DNA from: Blastocystis sp. Blastoise
Taxonomy: Eukaryota; Protista; Bigyra: Opalinata
DNA: 64,000 nucleotides
NCBI GenBank assembly: GCA_039096225.1
Contig: JBBPEB010000024.1
Span: 248,001 to 312,000 of the forward strand
Direction of reading: 5' to 3'
The translations under genes were made by a program, and so were the position numbers. Under the pieces are notes generated by a model. That model was not told the DNA's origin. It ran no database searches and was given only the letters and a program-made list of their open reading frames with translations. Position 1 is the first letter of the stretch, and each line of letters begins with the position of its first letter. Below, piece by piece: positions 35,200-47,313 of the stretch.

Positions 35200-36640
35200 C
35201 TCGAAAAAGTGACTTTTAAATAGACTTTACCCATTCAAGATCCACTGTATCAAAACAGTTTCCGTCAGTCTTTTGATATAGTATAGAGTTTATCATACTA
35301 TTTATTAAATAAAAGTAAATGTTTTGAATCTCTTTCTTAAAGACCCTTTTTGACACATTATGAAAAGTTGACACACTTAAATTCATTTTTATAAGCTAAT
35401 ATTTACACACTATACTTAATAATACCATAGCTACACATTGGTCATCACTTTAAGACATTTCGTAAACCTTTTGCATTTGCTCATTTACTTTGACCAAAAT
35501 ATTTTCGTCCCTCCTTTTGATATAATATAGACTGTGTGGTCTAGTTATATGAAAGTGAGATGGAATTTTGAATCTCGTCCTCTAAGTCAAACATTTTCAC
35601 ATTTTTAAAAATTAAGACCCTTAGAGTTGATTTTTGAAGTTAATTTTTCTACAGTGTTCCAAAAACACGATTTTGCACAAACTGAAGTAAAAATATTTTT
35701 TCAATAACTCTCACAACCCTTTACACATGCAGTCTCTAAAAATAGATTTTGCTATATTTTTGATATGTTGTAGAGTGTCTCTTAGTGTATACTGAACAAT
35801 ATCTCGTTTCTTAAAACTCTCATTTTATGACTCTCTTTAAACATATTTTTACTAATTGAAAGACTTAAACACATTTTTAAAAGCTAATATTCACATAGTA
35901 GACTTTATATGACTCTATAATCACATTAGTCAACACTTTAGACTTATTAAGAAGACTTTACCATTTGGTCATACACTTCGACCAAAATATTTTTGTCCCT
36001 CCTTTTAACATAATATAGATCATACACTCTAGTTTAATGAATAAAAGCTCTTATTTTGAATCTCGTCCTCTAAGTCACTCATTTTTACATTTTTTTAAAT
36101 TTAAGACCCTTAGAGTTGACTTTTTGACTCAATTTTTCTACAGTGCACGAAATTCACGATTTTATATAAACTGAAGTAAAAATAAATTTTAAATAATAGT
36201 CACAACCCTTCACACATCCACTCTCTAAAAATTATTTTCTTTGTACTTTTGATATGTTGTAGAGCTACTACAGCTGTACACTAATTAATATCTCTAAATT
36301 TTTTATTCAAAGTCTAAGACTATGTTTTACACATTCTTTGAAATTTGACAACCTTAAACTATTTATTTAAAGCTCTTATTCATAGAATATACTTAATATA
36401 TGATTCGAAACACATATATAAACCCTTTTACTTTTTAAGACACATTTTGTCATTTGGTCATACACTTTGACCTTCATAATTTTGACTCTTCTTTTGACAT
36501 AGAATAGAGTATTATCTTTAGTTTACTAAATAAAAGTCATTATATTGAATCTCTCACTCTAAGACCACTTAATTCACATTTTTCAAAATTGTGACACTCA
36601 AACTCATTATTTTAAAACTTTGTTTTAACTATAGTAGTTT
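35200..36640. repeat. Degenerate tandem repeat, ~245-bp monomer / ~490-bp dimer, inside the Helitron
   Basis: Anchor (G)AATCTC/ATCTC recurs at about 35327, 35570, 35800, 36058, 36289 and 36547; alternate units are more alike. Confidence 0.7.
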
Positions 36641-37329
36641 GAGGACCTATTGATTACTATGATACAATATTAGTCCATTATAAGAAGATCGAAGAAAATA
36701 TCGATCACTCAAAAATCGTCCTCAGGAGCTCAAAATTGGCACACCTAGGTTTTTTGACCTCCTGAATCAGAATATCATGTCAAAATAAGAATCTAAATTT
36801 GACCGTTAAGGCCTCACGTGTTCAATATGAAAAAGTATTAAAAAATAGATAAATATAAAGAATAAACACGGATAACGTATATTGTGGGATTGAGAAAAAA
36901 TCAAGTTTACCCCATGTTTATTTTTCAATTGTCTGGTCAACAATTTTTATCGGGATGATCCCAAAGAGCCAATCAAAAACGACTCAAAAATCATGTTTTC
37001 TGTTCTTTTATTAATAACTTTTTAAATATAAATAATATCGCTTAACCAAATATATGGTGCACAACTACATGTTATATCCTATTGAACTGTGTTTCAACGA
37101 AAAGTTAACTCCCCGTAAGTTTAGAGGAGTTGTGGGTACAAACTTGAGTATATAGTAGCCAATCAAATGAATTTTCCAAAAACTGACCAATGGGAATTTT
37201 TTTGCCTATTCTCATATATATAGTAATGATTAATAGTTAGATATTAATTATATTATGTTTAAGTTTAGAATAAAGTTTAGTTGTGTATTATATAAATTAA
37301 CTTTCATTGTTATAGTTACTGAAGTAATT

Positions 37330-37990
37330 ATTAATTAATATAAAGTATAACCTTTATTAATATAATATAATACATAGATATAGTATGATAATATATATAT
37401 TAATTTAAAGTATAACCTTTATCAATATAATATAAGTCATAGATATACTATGATATATATTAATTAATATAAAGTATAACCTTCATCAATATAATATGAT
37501 ACATAAGTATAGTATGATATATTAATTAATATAAAGTATAACCTTTATTAATATAATATAAGTCATAAGTATAGTATGATATATATTAATTAATATAAAG
37601 TATAACCTTTATTAATATAATAATACATAGAATATAATATGATATATATTAATTAATATAAAGTATAACCTTCATCAATATAATATAATACATAAGTATA
37701 GTATGATATATATTAATTAATATAAAGTATATAACCTTTATTAATATAATAATACATAGATATACTATGATATATTTATTAATATAAAGTATATAACTCT
37801 TATTAATATAATAATACATAGTTATACTATGATATATTTATTAATATAAAGTATATAACCTTTATTAATATAATAATAAATAGATATACTATGATATATT
37901 TATTAATATAAAGTATATAACCTTTATTAATATAATAATACATACATATAGTATGATATATTAAATAATATAAAGTAAAAACTTTATTAA
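37330..37990. repeat. ~57-60-bp AT-rich minisatellite, ~11 units
   Basis: Unit TTAATATAAAGTATAACCTTTATTAATATAAT...ATAGTATGATATA. Confidence 0.85.
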
Positions 37991-38653
37991 TTAATTATTA
38001 TCTTCAATACTATAATGTAATGAAAGATAATATTATAATTAATGAAAACTAATATTAAATAAGTATAGGTAATTAGTATTGTATAATTTATTAAACAATC
38101 TATATGATTCAACCTCATAGAGGACATCTATAGCTATTGTGCTTTGTTACAACATTCTATAAACATATAGCTAACTACCAGTTAATATCATATACAATGT
38201 GAGTAAGTGAAGAATCTTAACACTTAGATATCTCAATCATTGATAGTATTACATCGGTTAGACTATATAGAGTTAGAAGCGAACAATAGTCAGCAATAGT
38301 ATGAGTCATATAGGTAATCAATAGTTGTATTAATTAAATTAAATACAAATATTAAAATACTCAACACTATTTAATATTAAGTAATTCAAAAATTATCTTA
38401 ATATCCGACACCTTCCCGTATATATCGACACGATTAAAGTAAAATTAAAATAAAAAAAAAATAACAAAACAAAAAGGAAAAAAGAAAGGATTCTATTAAA
38501 TATTTAAATACTAAGTAGCTAAAGCTAAGCTTAGTAAATAAATATATAAATAGATAATAAAAAGAAAGCAGATAACAGAAAGCTATTATCTGTGAAAGAA
38601 AAAAAAATAATAAAACAAAAGAAAAAGAAACTAAAATAATAAATAATACTTAC

Positions 38654-39881
38654 CCACAACTTTATTTGAACCTATATAAGTATAGAATATAATATAAGTA
38701 TAAATATACCTTGAATAATTGAAGAACCATTGACACCATCAACGACTGAAGAATTATTAACACCATCACCTATATATATATATACAATAGTATAAGTATA
38801 AATAAATAAATAATATTATATATATATATATATATATACCTTTATATATATTAGTAGTAACCATATCAAGACCAACATCAGAGTCACACGATCCCAAATT
38901 AAAAGACACACCTATATAGAATCATAAAATAGAATAAACATAGATACATATATATATGTATATACCTTCTGAAGAAGGAATAGAGGAATGACCATGTACT
39001 AACTGAGTTGAAGGACCTATATAAAAACAAATAAGAAAGAATTAAAAGAAAAATAATAAATATATATATATGATATATCTATATACCTTTAGCATTAGAA
39101 GGATGATCACCATCAGATACAGTACCATGAACAGAAGACACTATCAGAACAGAAGGACCTATATATATTTATAAAATAAAAGTATAAATCAAAAAGAAGA
39201 AAAAGAAAATATATTATATATACCTTCTTTATGAATAACATCAGCACTAACATTCACAGCAACAGAAGAACCTATAATAAAATATAAATAGGAAATAAAA
39301 GAAATAATTAAAAATAAATAAATAAATGAATGATTATATACCTTGAAGACCATGAGTAGAGTTAACACCACCATCAATAGCATCAGCAACAACATCATCA
39401 TGAGTATAAGAACCTATAGATAAATAAAAATTAAAAAAAATAAAATAAATGATTGACAACATACCTTCAAGACCGTGAGTAGAGTTAGCATCACCATCAA
39501 TAGCTCCAGCAACAGAGTCCACAACAATAGAAGAACCTATAGAAAATAAAATATAAAAATAAAAACAAATGAATGCCAACATACCTTCAAGACCACACGA
39601 TAACCTTACACCATCATCAGAATAGGACACCATGGACATAGAAGAGCCTAAGATGATATAAAATAATAAAACAAAAAGAAATGTATAAATATATACCTTC
39701 AAGACCATATTGATAAGCACCATCACCATCAATGACATCCATGCTTGCATCCATCTGAGTAGAAGAACCTATATATGAATAATAATAAAGAATGGTAAAA
39801 CATACTTGACCGTCTTTGAGAAATATAGCTTTTCCTATTTTCAGACCTCCGCCTGGACGACATCCGAGTCTTCTTAGGCAT
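38654..39881 (-). CDS. Micro-exon array (11 short exons, phase-1 introns) starting MPKKTRMSSRRRS; Gly/Ser/Asp-rich repeats
   Basis: Repeated AG|GT...AG|gtat junctions; exons such as GSSIVVDSVAGAIDGDANSTHGLE and GSYTHDDVVADAIDGGVNSTHGLQ read in frame. Confidence 0.65.
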
Positions 39882-40779
39882 CTTATTTAATAACTAATTA
39901 TAAAATAAGTATTTTTATGAAGAAAACAAAATCTTATTTTGATTTCAATTTTTGTAAAATAGGGTCAACATTTAAAATATGTATCTTTAAAAATATAATG
40001 AATCATAATTAACCTCGAATTTTTATTAATTTTATTGCTAAACTGATAATTGGGTCATTTTTTGTTAAAAACATTTTGGGTACCCAAAAACTGTAGTTTT
40101 TTACATTTTTTAATTATTTGATTATATTGATTGTCTGTATATGTTTTATTAATTAATTTGATATTGTTTAGTTATTATTTTTATATTTATATATATAGAT
40201 TTATTTATTTATTGAAAATAATACACTTTTCTATAGGATTCTTTTGTATTTGTCTTGGTTGTGGTGATAGAAGCTTCTTGAAGTGGTCCTGGTTGTGCTA
40301 CATGGCTTATTTATTGTCAGGTATATAAATATATATATTTTTTATAATATTTTCTTTTTCATTTGTCCATTCATCTGTTTTACTTATTATTTTATTTGTG
40401 TATTTTATTTATTTTTTCTTTATATATAATTTATTCTATATATTGTTAATTATTTTTATTCTATAGGAAGAAAATGTTGTTGATGTGTTGTGGTTTTCGT
40501 TTTTTTATGTCTTTCTTTTTTAATCTGTGGTTCCAGATTAATTTATAGGTATATATTTATATTTTATTTATTATTTTTATTATTTATATGTTTATTTATT
40601 TATTTATTTATTTATTATATTTATTTATTATATTTATTCATTTATTTTATTTTATTTATTAATTTTATATTATTTATTTATTTATTTATTATATTTATTT
40701 ATTATATTTATATTATTTATTTATCATATTTATATTATTTATTTATTTATATGTTTTTATTGTATATAGGTTTAATAGT

Positions 40780-41065
40780 CTTCTTATTCTTTCTTTCTTC
40801 TTCCTTCTTCATTTTACTTCTTCCTTCTTCCTTATTCTTCTTTCTTCTTCCTACTTCTTCCTGCTTCATCATTCATCATTCTTCCTTCTTTCTTCTTTCC
40901 CATCCTTGATTCTTCCTTCTTCCTTCTTCTTTATCCCTGATTCTTCCTTCTTCCTTATCCTTGATTCTTCCTACTTCCTTCTTCTTCATCCTTAATTCTT
41001 CCTTCTTCTTCTTCATACTTCCTTATTCCTCATCCTTCCTACTTCTTCCTCTTCATTTCCTTCTT
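40780..41065. repeat. CTT/CCTT-rich low-complexity tract
   Basis: Direct inspection. Confidence 0.7.
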
Positions 41066-42995
41066 ATTATATATATATATATATATTTAATTATTATTAT
41101 TACTCTTTAAACTCCCTTTATGCTCTAGAAGGAGAGAAGCAATCATTATAGATTGTTTTCAGGTTCAATTCCTGACATGAAGTCTTATTTTTCTTTTTTT
41201 AAATATTTTATTTACATATTATTATATATATATATATTCTCTTTTTTTAATTTATTTTAATCCAGTTTAATTTATACTTTTCAATTTTGACCTTATATAT
41301 ATATATCTAACTTTTTATAGTTTTTTTAGACTTACTCTTCTCAACAACAGTCACAATGAGAACAAATCCATTTTAACTGAAACAACTAAGTCATCTCAAA
41401 ACTGTTTGAATCAATCAGTATAGACGTGTATGACATAATTTATGTATTTAAACTCAATTTTAATAATTAAAAGTAAACAAACCAAACACACATGTTGACT
41501 TTAAAACTTTAAACTCAGTGTTAAATGGTTAGTTATAAAGAGTAGACACAAAACATTGATTTATACTAAAAGGAATGAAAACAATCAACTCTTGATACAA
41601 CTTTACCATTTGACAAAACACTCATCCACAATATTTTTCAAAGTTCTTTTAGTGAAGTGTTTATATAGACATATAATGTATAAAATGAAAGTCAACTCTT
41701 TGAATCTCTTATTTTAGGACAGTCTTTAAAACATTTTGACAAATAGAGAACATTTAACTTGTTATTTAAAGCTAATATTTTAAGAGTAGACTTGACTTGA
41801 ATGAATAAAAACAACAGCTAACACTTTAAACATTTTAAGACATACTTTACATTTTGCCGATATACACTTTGACCTTCATAATTTTGACTCTCCTTTTAAT
41901 ATAGTATGGAGTATTATCTCTAGTTTATTAAATAAAAGTCATTATATTGAATCTCTCACTCTAAGACCACTTAATTCACATTTTTCAAAATTGTCACTTT
42001 TAAACTCGTTATTTTAAGACTTTGTTTCTACTATAGTAGTTTGAGGACCTATTGATTACTATGATACAATATTAGTCAATTATAAGAAGATCGAAGAAAA
42101 TATCGATCACTCAAAAATCGTCCTCAGGAGCTCAAAATCGCTACACCTAGGTTTTTTGACCTCCTGAATCAGAATATCATGTCAAATTGACAATCTAAAT
42201 TTGACCGTTAAGGCCTCACGTGTTCAATATGAAAAAGTCTTTAAAAATAGATAAATATAAAGAATAAACACGGATAACGTATATTGTGGGATTGAGAAAA
42301 AATCAAGTTTACCCCATGTTTATTTTCCAATTGTCTGGTCAACAATTTTTATCGGGGTCATCCCAAAGAGCCAATCAAAAACGACTCAAAAATCATATTT
42401 TCTGTTCTTTTATTAATAACTGTTTAATTATAAATAATATCGCTTAACCAAATATATGTTGCAAAACTACACGTTATATCCTATTGAACTGTGTTTTAAC
42501 CAAATCTTAACTCCCCGTAAGTTTAGAGGAGTTGAGGCTACAAACTCTAGTATATAGTAGCCAATCAAATGCATTTTCCAAAAACTGACCAATGGGAATT
42601 TTTTTGCCTATTCTCATATATATAGTAATGATAGAAAACATTATATATAATAATATATATAATAATATATATAATAATATATATATACATAATTATATAT
42701 ATAAATCATTTAAGATTTGTCATAATCAACATGATAATAACTGTTTACTTTAATTCTAAATATTTTATTCTGCTATTGACATAGATATATAATAAATACT
42801 ACAATATATAATATATATATACCATATTATAATGCAAGCAAGTAGTAATAACCTATGTTCTATCTTTATGCTGATTAATTCTCAGTATTCAAATAGTATT
42901 AGATGCCTATATATATAATACAAAATCATTTTAATAATTTAAAAATATATTGAAAAAATTGAGAAATATTCTTAATAATATATATATATATATAT

Positions 42996-43057
<62 letters not shown>

Positions 43058-44289
43058 ATTTTCTATAATGAACTTTGATATAATTGTTCAATTAATCAAA
43101 TGATACTATATAAATAATAAATAGAATGAATATATAAAAAATATATATATAATAATAATGATAATAAATAATTTATAAATATATAGAGTAATAAATAATA
43201 TAAACTTTTATACATTCAAATCTATATAAAAAAGTGAATAAATAAATCTAAAATAAAATAAATATATAAAACAATATTCTCCAATATATTATAATTCAAT
43301 TTACATCTAAAATAAGAAAATAGAATATTATAAAAATACAAAACTAATAATAAAAATATTTATATATACCTAAAAATTAAAAAGAAAGAATTTATTTTCA
43401 ATTAAGCAACTCTTTCAAGACTCAATAATAACCCTAGAGTAATATAGATAGTGAATAAAGTAAAAATAAATAAAAAAATAAATAATAATAAATATATACG
43501 GAAATGAATGCCTCCCATTCTCTCACTTTTGATTTGTTTTGAATTTATTTTGATTTGAAACAATCCATTACTACCATTCAACCAAATTGAATGATCTCAT
43601 TCAATTACAACCTAAATAAATAAAATAGAAATTAGACAAAATTATTATATTTTATATTTATATACTTTTGAAGAGACCTGTGTGACTAAAGTGAAGGCTT
43701 GAAACTGTTGGTGACACCTATAAGTTCTAAAAATAAATAAACGATAACATAATTACTGATTAAGTATTTGTATATAAAATAATTATAAAATATTTACTAG
43801 TATAAAGGTTCACAGACTTCCTGAGATAGTTGATGCTCGAAAATAAATGAAAAGCAATCAACAAAGCTGGATAAGCTTAAAAATAAATTTTTGATTTTTT
43901 AAAGAAATAAATTTTTTTTATACATTTTTTCTTTTGTTAGTTAAAGACTTTTTTTCGACCGATTTTTTTCTTTTTTTGTTTTAAACTGAACTCAAACACT
44001 AACCCTAACCCTAGACAAGAAAAATGGTCCACCAGTGACAATTTTCTGACATTCATAAGAATGGCAACTTTATCATAATTCACATTCAATTCTATGTTCT
44101 TTCGAGTCTGTGAATTCGTTAGTATACGTGAATAATTCAATTAAGTAAATTGCCGAACAAAATTAAAAATGATTGTCCTAGATATTGTGGATAATTTCTT
44201 GAATATGTTATAGAAAGTCTTAAATTATCAGTTAATATACAAATAAAACATCTTACTATCAATTTCTTAGATATAAATATATAAATATA

Positions 44290-44460
44290 AAACAACGAAT
44301 TTATATGAGTGTCTACACAACATTATACCAAGTTTATTTTTATTTTTGTGGTATAAATTACTTTCGTCGGTATAAAAAAAATTAAAGACCGATTTTTTCG
44401 TATTTTTGGTATAAATTTATGGGGAACCTGGTATAAAAGGGAAAAAGCTGCCCACCAGTG
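44290..44460. mobile_element. Solo CACTA/CACTG-type transposon end abutting the truncated PLV copy
   Basis: Repeated GGTATAAA subterminal motifs ending ...GCCCACCAGTG; a similar CCACCAGTG end lies at ~44029-44037. Confidence 0.55.
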
Positions 44461-44518
44461 CTTATAAATAATGAAAATAAATATGGTATAAAATTCAAAA
44501 CAAATAATATATTAAAGA

Positions 44519-44667
44519 TTCTAGAAGTCAGTTTTAGAAGCTTCTAGAACCTTCTAGAACCTTCTAGAACATTCAGGAACATTCTATAATAGTAAATATT
44601 ACTTTATATTTTTAAATGTTCTAGAACCTTCGAGAACCTTCGAGAACCTTCTAGAACCTTCTAGAAC
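44519..44667. promoter_or_regulatory. HSE-like arrays (copy of 1171-1320)
   Basis: TTCnnGAA arrays; visible differences from copy 1 within the arrays fall in n positions. Confidence 0.75.
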
Positions 44668-44776
44668 ATCCTTTTTATACTTTAGTGTTTTAAATGTATA
44701 TACAATAAACAAAACAATTTTCAATGATTTTTTACAAGTTTATAAGTAAAAATAGAAAAATAAACAAGAAAAATAA

Positions 44777-45400
44777 TTAAATTTCAATTGGTTCTTGACT
44801 ATTAATATATGTACATGAATGAGGCCATCCATTTTTATCATATAAAATACCATCCCAGAAATACATTTGTTTTGAAGGATCTCTTTTAATCTTGTTAATA
44901 CTCTTAGCATGAACAACTTCATAAGTATAAACTTTACCTTTTTCATCATAAAGAAATCCATCTTCCATATGGAATTTCATAATATCAAAATCATCATCTT
45001 TAGAATTCGAATGTTCTTTAGAATCTTCAGAACATAAAATAGTAGTTCTATCACTTTCTAAAAGATCTTCAGTATTGATAATATCTTGAATATCTTGTTC
45101 TTCATTAAGTTGTTGAGTATAAATATCAGCAGCGAATTCTTCATAATCTTCAAGACCTTTAATAACCGCGTTTATACGTTTTAAAGCTGATCTATAGTTT
45201 TCGACTTCGAAAGAAGCAAGACGTTCTTTAGATTTTGCAATACCCAATAGATTCTTTTCTCTATTCAATTGAGACTGATGTAAATCAATATCACGAAGAA
45301 CATTCTTATGAACTTCAACAGCCTTCTTAGAATTCTTAAGAAGTTCCATACGAACAGTTTGAAGACATTTACGGGAATCAGCAGAAAGATTAAATTGCAT
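44777..45400 (-). CDS. PLV hypothetical coiled-coil protein (copy of 438-1061)
   Basis: Near-identical translation. Confidence 0.8.
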   Translation of the reverse strand: MQFNLSADSRKCLQTVRMELLKNSKKAVEVHKNVLRDIDLHQSQLNREKNLLGIAKSKERLASFEVENYRSALKRINAVIKGLEDYEEFAADIYTQQLNEEQDIQDIINTEDLLESDRTTILCSEDSKEHSNSKDDDFDIMKFHMEDGFLYDEKGKVYTYEVVHAKSINKIKRDPSKQMYFWDGILYDKNGWPHSCTYINSQEPIEI

Positions 45401-45798
45401 TATAATCGCGAATATCGTTACAGAGAGAAAATTTGTATTTATCAAAATGAAATAAATAATACATTTAAATGGAATATTAAATATTCTAGGAGACAGTGTA
45501 GAATCTCTATGGAATGTTCTAGAAGGTTCATTTGATTGGCTAATTTTATCGACTTAGCATTTTTTATTTGTGTTTCAATGACGAGTATAGTTGGCATCTG
45601 TAATTTGATTGGATAAAAAAATTAGTAAAACACAATTAGACGATGACGACGATGTGTCATACGAAATAAGTTATTTTATTGGCTTATTTTCCAGCTGGAA
45701 GCAATAGGCTTTTGTTAGCAACTGAAATGAAGAACTGTACACTAAAAATAGTATATTTAATATATTGTATAAAAATACTTTTGAAGGTTTAAATAATC

Positions 45799-46326
45799 AT
45801 GGAAATTCCTGATAGTCTTTCTGCCAGTTTATCCCCTTTCGGTCAAGCCATGATATCCCCCTTGTTGAATCCATTTGAAAATAGTGTTTCTGCAAATCCT
45901 ATGGCTTTACCCAATGATAATGATTTCTGTTTTAATTCGCGTGACGAAATCATGTTTGAAGATCCACCTCAAGAAATTCATCCAATCAATGATGTTTACG
46001 TATCTAAAAATCCAGATAGATATCATTCGGTTAACAATCAACCAATACAATTTCAAGATCAAGTAAATACAAATCCTGATAAGAAAGCATTATTATTTAC
46101 AAATGAGGAGTTAACAAATATATCCAGTCAATTCGAATCTTTATTTCAAACTATTGAAACAGCTGATAATATATTAAATGGTATTTATTGTACTGTTGAT
46201 CATTTAAAAACAAAGATTGAAAGTCAGAAACAAGATTTGAAACAGATTCATGATGATTCTAAAGAAATTGTTTCATTATTATCCGAATATTCTATTCCTT
46301 CTATGTCTGAAATATTTGATCATTAA
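45799..46326 (+). CDS. PLV hypothetical protein, C-terminal coiled coil
   Basis: 175-aa ATG ORF; start conserved in copy 1. Confidence 0.8.
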   Translation: MEIPDSLSASLSPFGQAMISPLLNPFENSVSANPMALPNDNDFCFNSRDEIMFEDPPQEIHPINDVYVSKNPDRYHSVNNQPIQFQDQVNTNPDKKALLFTNEELTNISSQFESLFQTIETADNILNGIYCTVDHLKTKIESQKQDLKQIHDDSKEIVSLLSEYSIPSMSEIFDH

Positions 46327-46413
46327 TTATTTTTATTTAATTAATTATTTTGTTTTGTTTATTTTTTAAATTAATTACACAAAGTTTAAATGGAGAATAG
46401 AATAGTTTCAAAT

Positions 46414-46521
46414 AGAATTCTTGAATGGTCTAATGGATCTATTAAAGAAATATGTAACCACAGTATCATGGTTCGATTCCGTTAAAATGTTTCCATTAGA
46501 TTATTCAAGTGTTCTTTTTTT
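46414..46521 (+). ncRNA. Candidate RNA polymerase III small RNA (~105 nt; VA/vault-RNA-like architecture)
   Basis: A-box TGGTCTAATGG (46426-46436), B-box GGTTCGATTCC (46470-46480), T7 terminator (46515-46521); the 5' and 3' 24 nt pair at 23/24 positions. Confidence 0.7.
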
Positions 46522-46567
46522 CTAGAACCTTCTAGAACCTTCTAGAACCTTCTCGAACATTCTGGAA
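46520..46567. promoter_or_regulatory. HSE-like array (10 units) upstream of the SSB-like gene
   Basis: TTCtaGAAccTTCtaGAAccTTCtaGAAccTTCtcGAAcaTTCtgGAA. Confidence 0.75.
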
Positions 46568-46644
46568 AATTGATTCATTTGAAAAGAATATCGTAATATA
46601 TTAGTATTAAAATACTTATATTTTTACTAAATACTTAACTAAAA

Positions 46645-47238
46645 ATGTCTACAACTGAATTTAAAAAACCTACTATTCTTGATACTTCTAACTTTAATTT
46701 ACAATGGGATGACACCAAAGAAAATGCTGTTCTTTTAAATAATAATCATCGTGTATGTATTTCTACTGATGCTACACCATGTTTATTTGGTTATATTGTT
46801 ACACGTGATAAATGGACTTTATTAACAATTGAAGATGATAATCAAGTATTCTTAACTGCTTATAAAGAACTTTATCGTAAATTATGTGAATTATGTCCTG
46901 ATGGTGATATTGTTAATTTTGTACGTATGGATAATGGTAAGTATAAGATTACAATTAAAGTACCTATTAATGCATCGAAGAATGTTACTATTGATATTAC
47001 TGATAAAAGAGATAAGAAGATTAATATCGGTAAAGATCCTAAGTTAACTTACGAAGAAATACGTGAAAAGTATATTCCACCAAATACGTTATGTAAAGTA
47101 TTATTTACAATACATGGTATTCATCGTTATAATAACAAGTATTATATTGGTTTATATGCTCGTTCTATTAAAGTCATCGATAAATCTACGAAGAATACTA
47201 ATAGTAATGATACTATTATTGATTTAACTAATTTATAA
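46645..47238 (+). CDS. Putative OB-fold single-stranded DNA-binding protein
   Basis: C-terminal IPPNTLCKVLFTIHGIHRYNNKYYIGLYARSIKV resembles the viral (T7 gp2.5/NCLDV-like) SSB pattern; function inferred. Confidence 0.55.
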   Translation: MSTTEFKKPTILDTSNFNLQWDDTKENAVLLNNNHRVCISTDATPCLFGYIVTRDKWTLLTIEDDNQVFLTAYKELYRKLCELCPDGDIVNFVRMDNGKYKITIKVPINASKNVTIDITDKRDKKINIGKDPKLTYEEIREKYIPPNTLCKVLFTIHGIHRYNNKYYIGLYARSIKVIDKSTKNTNSNDTIIDLTNL

Positions 47239-47313
47239 ATTTTTAATGTTAAATTTATTTTTTATTAATATATTTGTTTTGTTTATAAATAATTTTATAA
47301 TTGAAATAAAAAA

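Larger units (their letters stand above)
34473..37229 (-). mobile_element. Nested non-autonomous Helitron (2757 bp)
   Basis: A|TC at 37229; hairpin + CTAG|T at 34473; first ~770 bp highly similar to 41860-42631. Confidence 0.85.
28481..42631 (-). mobile_element. Autonomous Helitron (5' end assignment inferred)
   Basis: 3' end: GC hairpin then CTAG|T at 28481. 5' end: A|TCATTACTATATATATGAG at 42631. RepHel gene inside. Confidence 0.7.

Noticed and set aside
36460-42631. ~770-bp direct repeats as LTRs
   Set aside because: No TG...CA ends, PBS or gag/pol between them; they are Helitron 5' ends (A|TC...TACTATATA).
43997-44015. TAACCC x2 as a telomere remnant
   Set aside because: Only two units; insufficient evidence.
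46414-46490. tRNA gene, or the small ORF starting at 46390
   Set aside because: A/B boxes are present but no acceptor or anticodon arms form; the long terminal stem and T-run fit a non-tRNA Pol III RNA better than a ~31-codon ORF.
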